A DNA stretch of 63,398 nucleotides, the filler included, from Octopus bimaculoides (Eukaryota): assembly GCF_001194135.2 (NCBI RefSeq). It is 8 parts of 7 records of this genome, joined end to end, with 100 filler letters (N's around TTAATTAATTAA, not from the genome) between each part and the next. Parts side by side here need not be neighbours in the genome. Positions count along the whole stretch, not along the records: positions 10,137 to 39,116 come from NC_069009.1; 7 more parts are not named here. One strand, 5' to 3'. The notes under the pieces were generated by a model, which was given only the letters and a program-made list of their open reading frames with translations, searched no databases and was not told the origin of the DNA. Numbering within the stretch: the first letter of the stretch is position 1; every line of letters begins with the position of its first letter. Below are positions 25,050 to 36,200 of this stretch, piece by piece. The translations under genes were made by a program, and so were the position numbers.

Positions 25050-26875
25050 GTCAATGGATCAGTCTATCATTTAGCAGAGGCAGCAATTACATTTACCCAT
25101 TATTTCAACCAGAGTTTCCCATAATCCAAACAGAAATTGAAAAAGTGCTTCATTATATCGATTAAGTAGAGTGGGAGAATTGTACTTTAAAATATGGAAC
25201 GCCTCCTTTAAGCAAAGCTTGCAATTATAGCGCTGGCCCTGGTATGGGAGTCCAGAATGGACCATTTTAAAGTATACTGGGTATTTGTGCTTTTGAGGTG
25301 ATGAATGTGGTTGGCTAGTGTTGTAGATTTACTGTGTTTGTCATATCTAAAAGAGTGCAAATGAGCTGCATAGTGTTGCTTGAAGTTTTTAGTTGAACCT
25401 ATGTATGCAGCTGTAGAGTTCTGTAGCAGATGGGTTACAGTGCATTTATATATTACGTTATATCTTACGCAATGCGTTTGTAGCAGGCAGATTGTCATGG
25501 AGCGACAGTTACAAGTAGATGAAACTTGGGAGCTGTGTTCTGTGGTGGATGAGGCAACATTGTTGGAGGATATGTTATGTGAGGATGTAGAAGAATCTAG
25601 ATCAATGGAATTATTACTGTTATAGTTATTATTCCCTCCATTGTTATTATTATAGGATATGGTGGTATTATGACTGGGTATACTAGTGGGCTGGGATCTA
25701 TTATGGTCGTGTTCAAGAGTCAGTGTTAGGTGTACGTATATGAATGTCTATGTTGAGTATATGCATGCGCTGAGTGCTAGTATTACCATAGTTATAGTTG
25801 TGTGAGTTTTGATAATAGAGTGAAAGTTTATGTTTATTAGAAGTTGCTATAATAGATTCGAAGTTAGGAGTGGTTGAATAAGACAATTTCAAAGTGGATC
25901 TGTTAAATATAAAATGGTATTTATGTTGTCGGGGGAAGTTAGAGTCAAGTATTTTGAAGAAAGATTTAGCTAAGTTCCTAGTGTTAAGTGAGAATGGTGG
26001 GGTGTACCACAGTATAGAGCGGCCACCACTTTTTTGGGGGGTTCTGTGTACGTTGTAATCTAAATATTTAGGTGGAGAATAGTTGTCCACACTTTTGGTG
26101 TTGCTAATTGCTTTATTTATCCTAGATTTAGCCCTAGTGTTATAAGTGTGTTTGTGGGGTCTGTTGGAAAATGTAGGTGGTTGGTTGCGGTTATGATTAT
26201 TGGTATGTCTTTGGGATGTGATTTGGGATATAAATTGTTTAAGTTGTGTGTTATGGATGTATTTTATTTGTTGGGAGAAACCATTAGCAGCGAGAGCTTG
26301 ATTGTTGAAGATTTCTTCGGAAGAGGATAGATCAGATATGCGGGTTGAAATACCCATGACTATGTTATCGAAAGTAGATCTGTGATGATTAGAGTGAACG
26401 TTGAGGTATTTCAGGTATTGGTTAGGTTTATGATAGGGGGAATATTATGAGTTTGACAGGTTTAGAGTAACGTCTAGAAAGTTAGCCATTTTATATGCGT
26501 TTTCAAATGTGATGGATAGATTCAGATTAGAGAAGAATTTGTGTAGATCCTTTCTAGTCCTTTCCAGAGAAGATTTATTAATGGCCTTGGTAAGTAATAA
26601 GGCATCGTCCCTATATAGACCTCCGTGGATATTAGGGAAATGTGAGCGCAGTTAATGAAGTATACATAATCCAACTAAATCAGTGGCCTGAGCGGAATCA
26701 GATGATCCCATGGTTATATCGAATAAGTTGTTAGAGTTATTATTATGTTGGTTAGCTTGGTACCAGAGTTTGTTTTCAAAGGATATAAGTGTTTTGCATG
26801 CATTAAGTATTATGTTGATTTCTAGTGGGGTTATGCTAGTAAAGAATAGGTTTAACTCTATTTTTAGAATATATC
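25050..26875 (-). mobile_element. Penelope-like element, 5'-truncated (RT plus GIY-YIG endonuclease), degenerate
   Basis: FDITMGSSDSAQATDLVG, GGLYRDDAL, NFLDVTLNL and LWYTPPFS in the RT region; VIYKC...AYIGST..FKQHY..HLHSF and CKLCLKE in the GIY-YIG region. Confidence 0.92.
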
Positions 26876-27465
26876 ACTACTAACTCTATTCTCTTATTTT
26901 CCTTTAATACTGTTCTTAGAAAGCCACATACACCCTCACCACTTACAGGTTCCTTCATAGCCTGACACTATACACAATATAAATACCTCTCCACATTACC
27001 TCCCCACATTCCTTCTCTCTACATTTCTTTACTAAACTTATGCTTCCACCCCCACATTCTTCCTTTTGCTCCCTCTCCTTCTTCTTTCCTTCTTGTCAGA
27101 ATAACTGACCATACAACAGCTGACTACTATCAGCCATATTTCTCACTTGAATTACTTCTTCCCCCTTCCTTCCTGTCTTAAGGCTTGACCTCTTAATCCT
27201 ACACACATCTCTCACTTGATTCAGGCTATCCTTTGAAAAAACAAAGCACAGAGTACTCCAGACACAATATGATACATATCCACCTTTGCTACTACAATTA
27301 TCTCCAGAAAATACCCACAAGGATTCTTTACATGAATGTTTACTGCTGGAATGGAGCTACACTCCAAGTACTGTTTCTTCTTTGTTCTTTTTTCTGCGCA
27401 TCGCTCTCACTTCTTACTACAAATCTCCTCTTATAGATGTAATAATCCATTCTTCTACTATTACC

Positions 27466-27514
27466 GTCTCCGATGAAGGGATACATTGGATTTTCCCTGA
27501 AACAACTGTAAGAC
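27466..27514 (+). ncRNA. Minimal type I hammerhead ribozyme-like motif
   Basis: GUCU-CCGAUGA-AGGGA(uacauuggauuu)UCCCU-GAAACA(ac)UGU-A-AGAC. Stem I is 4 bp, stem II is 5 bp, stem III is near-palindromic, the triplet is GUA, and the core carries a U4C variant. Confidence 0.7.
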
Positions 27515-27565
27515 TTTATCCATAAAATATAATTCTAACTTTGCCATTGGTCTCTTTATCCTTTT

Positions 27566-27598
<33 letters not shown>

Positions 27599-27600
<2 letters not shown>

Positions 27601-28958
27601 AGGCCTGGTGTTTTGGTTATGTATTTGTCTGTGTTTTAATCATACCTAATGAACCTATTATTATAGGGATTGTTTCTGTGTTTAGGCTCCACATTCAGGT
27701 AACTTCTATTTCCAGATCTTTGTATTTTGAGAGTTTGTCCATTTCTTTTCGGAATACATTGTCATCTGTTGGGATTCATATACATTGATTAGAAGGCATT
27801 TCTTTCTTCGATGACCTCTCACAACTATATCCAGTCTATTAACCTTGACTTCTCTATATGTGTGTATTGACATATCCCGGGGTATGGTTGCTTTGTCAGT
27901 TTCAGGGATATGCTTATTCCATAGTGTTGACATAGATTCCAGTGTATACAGGTCCCAACTCTATCATGTCTGTAGATATAGACCTTCTTAGCCAGGATTG
28001 GGCAGCCAGAGACAATAAGATTTATTGTTTCTTCCGATCACCACATATTCTGCAGTTGGTTATTGTTTTTTTTTTCTTCATTATGTGTTTCTGGTGGGTC
28101 ATGATTAAAAATCGTTCAGTCTCAATTTAAATCCATTGTTGGGATTTTACTTTGTCTATTTCTTTTCAGTCTAGCATATCCCAGTATTTGCCATGTAAGG
28201 CCTTTTCTTGCCATCATTTTATCATGGTATTTTGTTGTTCCAGTTTTCGTTTAGATTTCAGTTGCTTTATAGCTTTTGTTGTTTGTTATTTTTTTCTTCT
28301 TAGTTGTCAAGTACTATGATTTCTTTCCTGTAATTTTCGGCTTCTTTAAACACAGAAAACAGTTTCATGTTTTGCTCATGTTTAGTGGCTATTTGCATCA
28401 ATTTTCTTTGGTTCTGTGTGAGATATTTCTATAATCCTGTGCTTGTTATAGTAGTTTTCTAGTTGTATAAGGCCTCTATCACCTTTAATTCATTGCATAG
28501 ATAACCTGACTATATCAGATTTCGGGTGGTGTATTCTAAATTCTATCATTATTTTTCTTATTTTTTGTCTAGTTTTGTTAATTCATTTAGTGCCCACTTA
28601 AGAATATTGTAATTGTAACTTATAACTGGGACAGCCAAACTATTGATACCTATTACGTTTTATTTTTTGCATTAAGCTCTGTTTTCAGTATTAATCTAAC
28701 TCATCTATAGTATTCCTTCTTCATCTTCTCTTCCATTTGTGTGTGTTGTAGTATATCTAGTTTATTGGCTCCTAAGTATTTGTATGTCTGGCTTTAGTCT
28801 AATTCTCTAATTTCATTTTCTTTATTTAGTGTGTTATTGTTACTCTTAACTACTTTTCCTCTTTTCATGGTTGCTTTGGCACATTTTTCTAAGCATAATT
28901 CCATGTTAATGTTTTTGGTAAATCCATGCCCTGCCTATAGCAATGTTTCCAGTTGTTT
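27599..28958 (-). mobile_element. R4/Dong-like LINE fragment (RT C-terminus plus restriction-like endonuclease), degenerate
   Basis: HHPKSDIVRL, DMSIHTYREVKVNRLDIVV and KCLLI motifs, with a region corresponding to KYKDLEIEVTRMW. Confidence 0.85.
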
Positions 28959-29248
28959 NNNNNNNNNNNNNNNNNNNNNNNNNNNNNNNNNNNNNNNNNN
29001 NNNNNNNNNNNNNNNNNNNNNNNNNNNNNNNNNNNNNNNNNNNNNNNNNNNNNNNNNNAACTCCTGAATTCAAATGCATGCCAATGTCAGCTTTGCCTTT
29101 CATCCATTTGAGATTCATGATACAAAGTTCCAGCCAAATAAACTCAAATTGATGTAATCAAGGAACCTCCTCCACCTGAAACTGATGACTTTGTGCATGA
29201 ATTAGAAAGAATTATTATTGTTATTATTAGCAGAAGTAATTTCCTTAC

Positions 29249-29500
29249 CTTCTTTCTTCAAAGAAACTCTTGCATAGCAGGGTTTGTTGTCGTTGAAAGT
29301 CCAAGATAAATCATAGTCAGACATATTTTTTATCAAAAGAGTGGATATATTACCAAATTGCCAAACTTCGTATCTGCCATATTTGTAACATGTTTGATCA
29401 CACTCAAATTTACGGTCCCCATTTTGCCAGACAACAGGTCTTTGCATATTGGGCATTTCTTCAGTTTGAAGAGTTATATTTCTTTGAAGCACGACTCTTC
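29249..29500 (-). CDS. Ig-like receptor gene, Ig-domain exon (252 nt, phase 1-1)
   Basis: Acceptor tttatttcag|GA and donor GAAG|gtaagg. Encodes RVVLQRNITLQ...VVWQ...FECDQTCYKYGRYEV...STLLIKNMSDYD...CYARVSL, an Ig-like strand pattern in a symmetric phase-1 exon. Confidence 0.85.
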
Positions 29501-29867
29501 CTGAAATAAATACATATATCAATATTACTGACTAGTTTCCCATATGAAAGATTTCAAGATTAATTTTTCATCATCATCATTCTTTCAATACCCATTTTTT
29601 CCATACTTGGGATCAACATTTTCGTTATATACAATTCAAAACTCTTCCTGACATAATATCCCAGACTATTGTATAACAAAGAGCCTGGAGATTAAATGAT
29701 GATGGTCATGGTTGAATTTCAAATCAAATTGTTAAAAATGATGTTAATCAGGAAAATTTAAAAACAAAAACATGACTATAAACTGAGTTAAAAGAAAGAA
29801 ATAAAAGAGAGAATTGAGAAGATAGTGTCTAGTTTAAAATGAGAAAAAGGTTTGTTAATCCACTTAC

Positions 29868-29906
29868 CTTTAACAAAAATTTTGTATACTTTTTCACATT
29901 GTGACC
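29868..29906 (-). CDS. Ig-like receptor gene, 39-nt exon (GSQCEKVYKIFVK), phase 1-1
   Basis: Acceptor ttcatctcttatag|GG and donor AAAG|gtaagt; the frame is continuous with both neighbouring exons. Confidence 0.8.
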
Positions 29907-29984
29907 CTATAAGAGATGAAGACAAAAATATTTTCAGATTTTACATCTTTGATTATTATTTTTGTTTCAATATCATCATCGTCA

Positions 29985-30385
29985 TCATTTAACATCCGTT
30001 TTCCATGCAGGAATGAGTTGGACAGTTTGACCAGAGTTGACAAGAAAGAGAGCTGCACAAGGCTCCAGTGTGATTTGGCATGGTTTCTATGGCTGGATGA
30101 CCTTCCCAACACCAACCATTTTACTGAGTGTGCTGGGTGCTTTTATTTGGCACCACATGAGAGCCTGTTCATGGCACTTCCATGAGTGCTTTTTATGTGG
30201 CAAAGACACAGGAATCTTGCAGGCCAATCTTCTTCACCAGGGGAGTGACCTTAACATATCTGAGTGCAGCAAAGCACCTGGCATTTTCGTTGTTTGTCAT
30301 CTTGTCTGGAAGGCTCAGTGTCCTGAGGGCATCCTTCAGCATGTCATCCCATGTCTTCCTGACCTTATACTCCATTCCAGATAAA
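29985..30385 (-). mobile_element. RTE 3' fragment plus degenerate SINE D
   Basis: VRKTWDDMLKDALRTLSLPDKMT is the RTE C-terminal motif; it is followed by a D-like body and (CAT)n tail. Confidence 0.7.
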
Positions 30386-30679
30386 AAAAATTTTGTTTAA
30401 TCCTTGCCAGAGAAGTCAAACTTTGATGTAAAAAAACGAATCAATATAATTGTTGTAAATGCTTACACATTGCATAATTTGTGTGCCTGACTGTCACGAT
30501 ATGTAAGAATATCCCAGACAATAAAACGATGATGATACAAGCACTGTTGTATTATTATCATAGCCATATTGGCTAAAACCAGAAAGATAACGTAATAAAT
30601 GAATATATTTATAAAAACAAAAATGTAAAAGAAGCAAAAAAATCTATTCAATAAATGTAAATGATATTTCAAACAATTC

Positions 30680-31140
30680 TATTTACAAAAATACTACTGG
30701 TACTCCATTAGTTATGACAATGAGTGTTCCAGTTGATCCAATCGATGAAACAGCCTGCCCATGAAATTTATATGCAAGTGGCTGAGTACTCCACAGACAT
30801 GTACCTTTAACGTAGTTCTCAGGGAAATTCAGCATGACTGGTACTCTGTTGGTTACGAAAATAAGTGTTCCAGCTGATCTGATCATTGGAGCATACTGCA
30901 TGTGAAATTAACAATGCAAGTGGCTGAGTACTCCATAGACATGCGTATCCTTAACATGAGGGAGATCCACACAGAGTGTAACAAGGCTGGTCCTTTGAAT
31001 TACAGCTACAACTCATTTTTGCCAGTTGAATAGACTGGAACAATGTTAAAGGAAGTATCTTGCTCAAGGACACAATGCATTGTTGGGAATCGAACTCGTG
31101 ACCTTATGATTGTGAACTGAACACCCCTAACCAATAAGAC
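30680..31140 (-). mobile_element. SINE family E with internal tandem duplication
   Basis: The segment gtggctgagtactcca(c/t)agaca..g.a.ccttaac occurs twice (near 30780 and 30920). Confidence 0.75.
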
Positions 31141-31374
31141 ATATACCTTCATAAAAATAAATGTTAATGAAAAAGAATTTTAAAAATCTAAAAGGTGACC
31201 CTTCAGTGTTAATCTCCAGAGAGTCTTTATTAGGGGACAAGGTCATTCGCCCTCTTTTTCAGCCCAGCCTCTTCATCTGTGTCATGTGAGAAGGTTGCTT
31301 GGGTGAACGATGTTGTCTACCAGTACTGAAGGATCACCCACTAAAAAATAGAGCAAAAACAAATGAAAACTTAC

Positions 31375-31423
31375 CATAACAAACTGTAAACAAGGCACAG
31401 AAGATGAATATTTGAATCTCCAT
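31375..31423 (-). CDS. Ig-like receptor gene, first coding exon (signal peptide MEIQIFIFCALFTVCY-G)
   Basis: Acceptor aattatttttcag|ACTATG (exon starts at 31426) and donor TATG|gtaagt in phase 1. Hydrophobic signal peptide; an untranslated exon further upstream is implied. Confidence 0.85.
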
Positions 31424-31844
31424 AGTCTGAAAAATAATTTTTAAAAAGAGTGAAAACTCAATGGGAGAAACTGATAATATTTTAGGTCTTATTTTAACTC
31501 CTTTTTATTTCAGAATTTCAGTCCCAATGTCTTCTGATGTCACTTCCCCTCTCCTCCATCTCCCACCACAAAATAACAAGAAACTTTTCATGTCGGATGT
31601 CTACTTAACAATCATGATGACATTGCTGTGGTATTTAACATTAGGTTATATATACGTATATTTCTAAGTTTATCTCTACTGATTTTCTATAGAATTTCAG
31701 GTAAACAATGAATCTTATGATGTTTCATATACAAATATGTTTATGTAAATTGATGTTATTAGAGACAGAAAAGATAGGTAATAGATGTATGTACATATTT
31801 TGAGAGTTGTTGTCCTTTCATCAGCACCACATCCAACTCATCAA

Positions 31845-32336
31845 CTATCCATGATACCTAAAAGTGCCACACAGCGGGACTGAACATGGTAGCGCACCGC
31901 CGGCATGTCCTGACGCTCCATTGGTGGGAATTGTGCCACCAACGGAGGAAGGCCTGTCAGTGGGAATTGTGCTGCTGACAGTAGAAACTGTGGCCTCACC
32001 CTATAAGGAGGAAGAATTTGTAATCTTCTTCCAAGAATTTGTGAAGAAGTTTACTAGGAAGGGTCGGGGGGAGGGATCCTCACCTGTACCAAGGACCCTG
32101 ATTGGCCTTTGCAGGTGGCTGTAGAAGTCATGTGGGAAAATGTTTTGTACAGGGTGATGGATTCCTTCCCCGAGGATGAATTCCGTTCCTTGTAGAAGTG
32201 GCCTGATCAAGAACCATCGAGGTGCTTGAATAAAGCACTGAGTCTGGTCGGGCGGTAAGGTGTAAGAGGACGAGTGCTTCATATTGAAGGGGCATGTGGC
32301 CCATAAAAAGAAATGTGTAAGAGGCAGATGCCTCAA
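31845..32336 (-). pseudogene. Degenerate ~164-codon reading frame with one stop, origin unknown (possibly LINE ORF1-like)
   Basis: GC-richer island in an AT-rich context; the frame continues through a single TAG at 32001-32003. Confidence 0.3.
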
Positions 32337-32864
32337 TTCAAGGACTTAATGATATTGTGAAGTGAGAGGTTTATAGCCTCAATTTGTAAATTTGTTTAAT
32401 TTATAAAAGAACAATGTTTTAGAGAAGCAGAGTACAGCGGGTGGCTTCTGTCTTCTCCCATTAATATCATTGTGTTTATCATTCATCTCATCTCATTAAT
32501 GTCTTCGTCCAGCCCGGAGCNNNNNNNNNNNNNNNNNNNNNNNNNNNNNNNNNNNNNNNNNNNNNNNNNNNNNNNNNNNNNNNNNNNNNNNNNNNNNNNN
32601 NNNNNNNNNNNNNNNNNNNNNNNNNNNNNNNNNNNNNNNNNNNNNNNNNNNNNNNNNNNNNNNNNNNNNNNNNNNNNNNNNNNNNNNNNNNNNNNNNNNN
32701 NNNNNNNNNNNNNNNNNNNNNNNNNNNNNNNNNNNNNNNNNNNNNNNNNNNNNNNNNNNNNNNNNNNNNNNNNNNNNNNNNNNNNNNNNNNNNNNNNNNN
32801 NNNNNNNNNNNNNNNNNNNNNNNNNNNNNNNNNNNNNNNNNNNNNNNNNNNNNNNNNNNNNNNN

Positions 32865-32895
<31 letters not shown>

Positions 32896-33112
32896 ATATA
32901 TATATGTTTGTGTGTCTGTGTTTGTCCCCCCAACATCACTTGACAACTGATACTGGTGTGTTTACGTCCCCGTAACTTAGCAGTTCGGCAGAAGAGCCCG
33001 ATAGAATAAGTACTAGGCTTACAAAGAATAAGTCCTGGGGTCGATTTGCTCGACTAAAGGTGGTGCTACAGCATGGCCACAGTCAAATGACTGAAACAAG
33101 TAAAAGAGTAAA
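32865..33112 (+). mobile_element. Microsatellite plus SINE B module
   Basis: Close match to the 10138 copy. Confidence 0.85.
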
Positions 33113-34325
33113 ATGGAATAATGCTTTCTATTTGTAGGCAAAAAGTTCCTGTCTTAGCAGAAATATTTTTCAGCATTCAAAAACTGCATTATTAAATAAT
33201 TTTCAACATTAAAAGGTAGGACAAGGCATAGGCAGTTCAAAATAGCTCCAAATAGACAGTCCAATACAAAAAATCTAGCAAATATATATATATCATACCT
33301 AAAAATATATATTAAGGAATTTATTTATTCTTTGCAGCATTTAATCCAATTTTTTTTTTCTGTGAAATTTCATTTTTTTAACTTATTTTAACTTTATAGT
33401 GATTAATCATAAAAACGTTTATTATATTATAACGTTACACGAAACTTTTTTTAATGAATTTTAACTGTTTGGCAGTTTCTTTTGAACAATCCACTGACAA
33501 ATCTTTGGTCAGCCTAAGGTTGAAGTAGAAAACGCTTTGCCCAAGGTACCACCTTTCCATGGCTGAACGGTCAGCAATTCAAGTGGCTCTATTCATTTGA
33601 GTAGTTTGCAACTCTTGTGAACAGGGTGTCTGGACACCCGGCAGGACTAAAAACAAAACCTGTCAAAAGGCAGATACGCTCCCCATGGGATAACAGTCAT
33701 CCAATTAGGGTAAGGCGATGGCAAACCACACCAGTATCTCAACCAAGAAAACACTATCAGAAAGTCAGAATGAAGTAGTGCTATGGTTGCATCCAGTGGA
33801 AGAACTTGCACTTAATTGGGAAGACTTTCTATTATTGTTTAAATTCATCCCTCTTATATATATATATATATATNNNNNNNNNNNNNNNNNNNNNNNNNNN
33901 NNNNNNNNNNNNNNNNNNNNNNNNNNNNNNNNNNNNNNNNNNNNNNNNNNNNNNNNNNNNNNNNNNNNNNNNNNNNNNNNNNNNNNNNNNNNNNNNNNNN
34001 NNNNNNNNNNNNNNNNNNNNNNNNNNNNNNNNNNNNNNNNNNNNNNNNNNNNNNNNNNNNNNNNNNNNNNNNNNNNNNNNNNNNNNNNNNNNNNNNNNNN
34101 NNNNNNNNNNNNNNNNNNNNNNNNNNNNNNNNNNNNNNNNNNNNNNNNNNNNNNNNNNNNNNNNNNNNNNNNNNNNNNNNNNNNNNNNNNNNNNNNNNNN
34201 NNNNNNNNNNNNNNNNNNNNNNNNNNNNNNNNNNNNNNNNNNNNNNNNNNNNNNNNNNNNNNNNNNNNNNNNNNNNNNNNNNNNNNNNNNNNNNNNNNNN
34301 NNNNNNNNNNNNNNNNNNNNNNNNN

Positions 34326-34660
34326 CACCATTTTGAGCGTGGCCGTTGCCAGTACCGCCTGACTGGCTCCCGTAGGATTTTCGAGCGAGATCGTTGCCAG
34401 TGCCCCTGGACTGGCTCTTGTGCAGGTGGCACATAAAAGACACCATTTCGAGCGTGGCCATTTTCGTGCGGGTGACACGTAAAAGCACCCACTACACTCT
34501 CTGAGTGGTTGGCGTTAGGAAGGGCATCCAGCTGTAGAAACTCTGCCAAATTAGACTGGAGCCTGGTGTTGCCATCCGGTTTCACCAGTCCTCAGTCAAA
34601 TCGTCCAACCCATGCTAGCATGGAAAGCGGACGTTAAACGATGATGATGATGATGATGAT
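34326..34660 (+). mobile_element. SINE family D
   Basis: Internal repeated units, body and (GAT)n tail. Confidence 0.88.
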
Positions 34661-34689
34661 TTTTATTCTAGCAATTACACTTTCGGTAC

Positions 34690-36200
34690 AACCTCCTCCA
34701 CTACTAATTAGATCACCTAGGTAACAAAAATGATCTACAACTTCTATAATCATTGAGACATTTAAGGAAATCAATTTCTCATGTATCTGTGGTCTTCATG
34801 GCTCCCGTACATCTTCACATACAAACACTAATTTCACTGTTAACCTTCCAACTATTCCACTACACCTCTTGCCTGTTCATAGCTTGCACTGGGTACATTG
34901 AATGGAATTTCTGCCTACGCCGTTCCTACATCTCGAACAGGGACATTTAGCTGATGGGCGAAAGGTCCTGTTGGATTTCTTGCTTATTACAACCTTGGTC
35001 ATTGCTAAATTTACTTTAAGACCATTTGATTCCAGGTTCTGTTTCCACACCCAGAATTTTTTTTCTAATTCTGTTACATATTCTGCTATGAGGGCAAGAT
35101 CATCAGCATGTAGGAGTTCCTCTGAGCTTCCAGTCTTAAATTCCTCTCTTATGGCCCAGAGGATGATGAAGAATAGGAGGGGGTTGGGAAGCAGCCCTTG
35201 GTGGACACCTACTTATACACCAAATTCATCAGTGTACACACAGCTAACTCTTACCTTACTAAGTGTGCCCTGTACATGATCTGTATTGCTTTCATGAGTC
35301 ATTTGTCTATCTCTAGCTTCTTCAAAGACCATCATATCTCACAGCAGGGATCTCTGTTGAAGGCTTTCTGCAGATCAACAAATGCCAAGTACAACTACTT
35401 GTTCTTAGCTAAATACTTCGTTGGACTATGAAAATAGCATCTGTGGTATTTCTTCCTGGGACAAAATCGAATTGAATTTTAGCCAGCCTAATTCTGTTCC
35501 TAATTAACTGGGCTAAAACTCTTTGTACAACTTTCATCACCTGCTCCAGCAATTTGATTCCTCTATAATTACTTCTAAGGCATCTCACTTCCAATTGTAG
35601 TACCTGACTTCATTGTCACTAGGGATTACAACTTCTTGGATAACCTGATTAACTATATTGGTGACGAGACTGTATCCAACTACCAGATATCTTGAACATT
35701 TTGACAGTGACTATTGACGGGTAAGGGGCCATTCCTGTCTTCATATCTTTAATTGCCTTATCTATCATTCTGGTGTCAACCAGGAGAACTGGTCCCTTTG
35801 TTGGACGCACATAAGGAAGGTTCCCTTTCTCCCATTCATTATCCACATCTAATAGTAGCTCTTCCAAACCACTTTCTTTCCAGAATCACTAATAGCAAGC
35901 ATACCATTATCTGTCCATACACACTTCTCTCCCACATGTTGATTCTCTCTAACACAATTGTCTGACAATCCAGAACACCTCAAGTCTCTGATCTTCATAT
36001 TCTAAGACATTGGTAAACTCCTTCCTTCCTGCTTCTGCTCTACAAAGATATACCTGACGTTTAGCTCCTCCGATATGGTTGTTTGCTACCCCAACTCTTC
36101 TAGTCTTTCCATAGTCATGACAACCCTGTTCCATCACCACGACTCTGTTGGTCTGGTGGAGCACAATTGTGTAGATATGCCAATAGTCTGTGTTGAACTC
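34690..36200 (-). mobile_element. Degenerate RTE-clade LINE (RT region)
   Basis: AKRQVYL.RAEA.RK.F, IDKAIKDMKTG.AP, NYRGIKLLEQVMKV..RVL..LIR and Q..FVPGRNTTDAIFIV motifs. Confidence 0.88.

Noticed and set aside
31280-31340. Strong acceptor 34 nt after the signal-peptide donor, giving a short secreted isoform (VGDPSVLVD...*)
   Set aside because: A 34-nt intron is too short for normal splicing.
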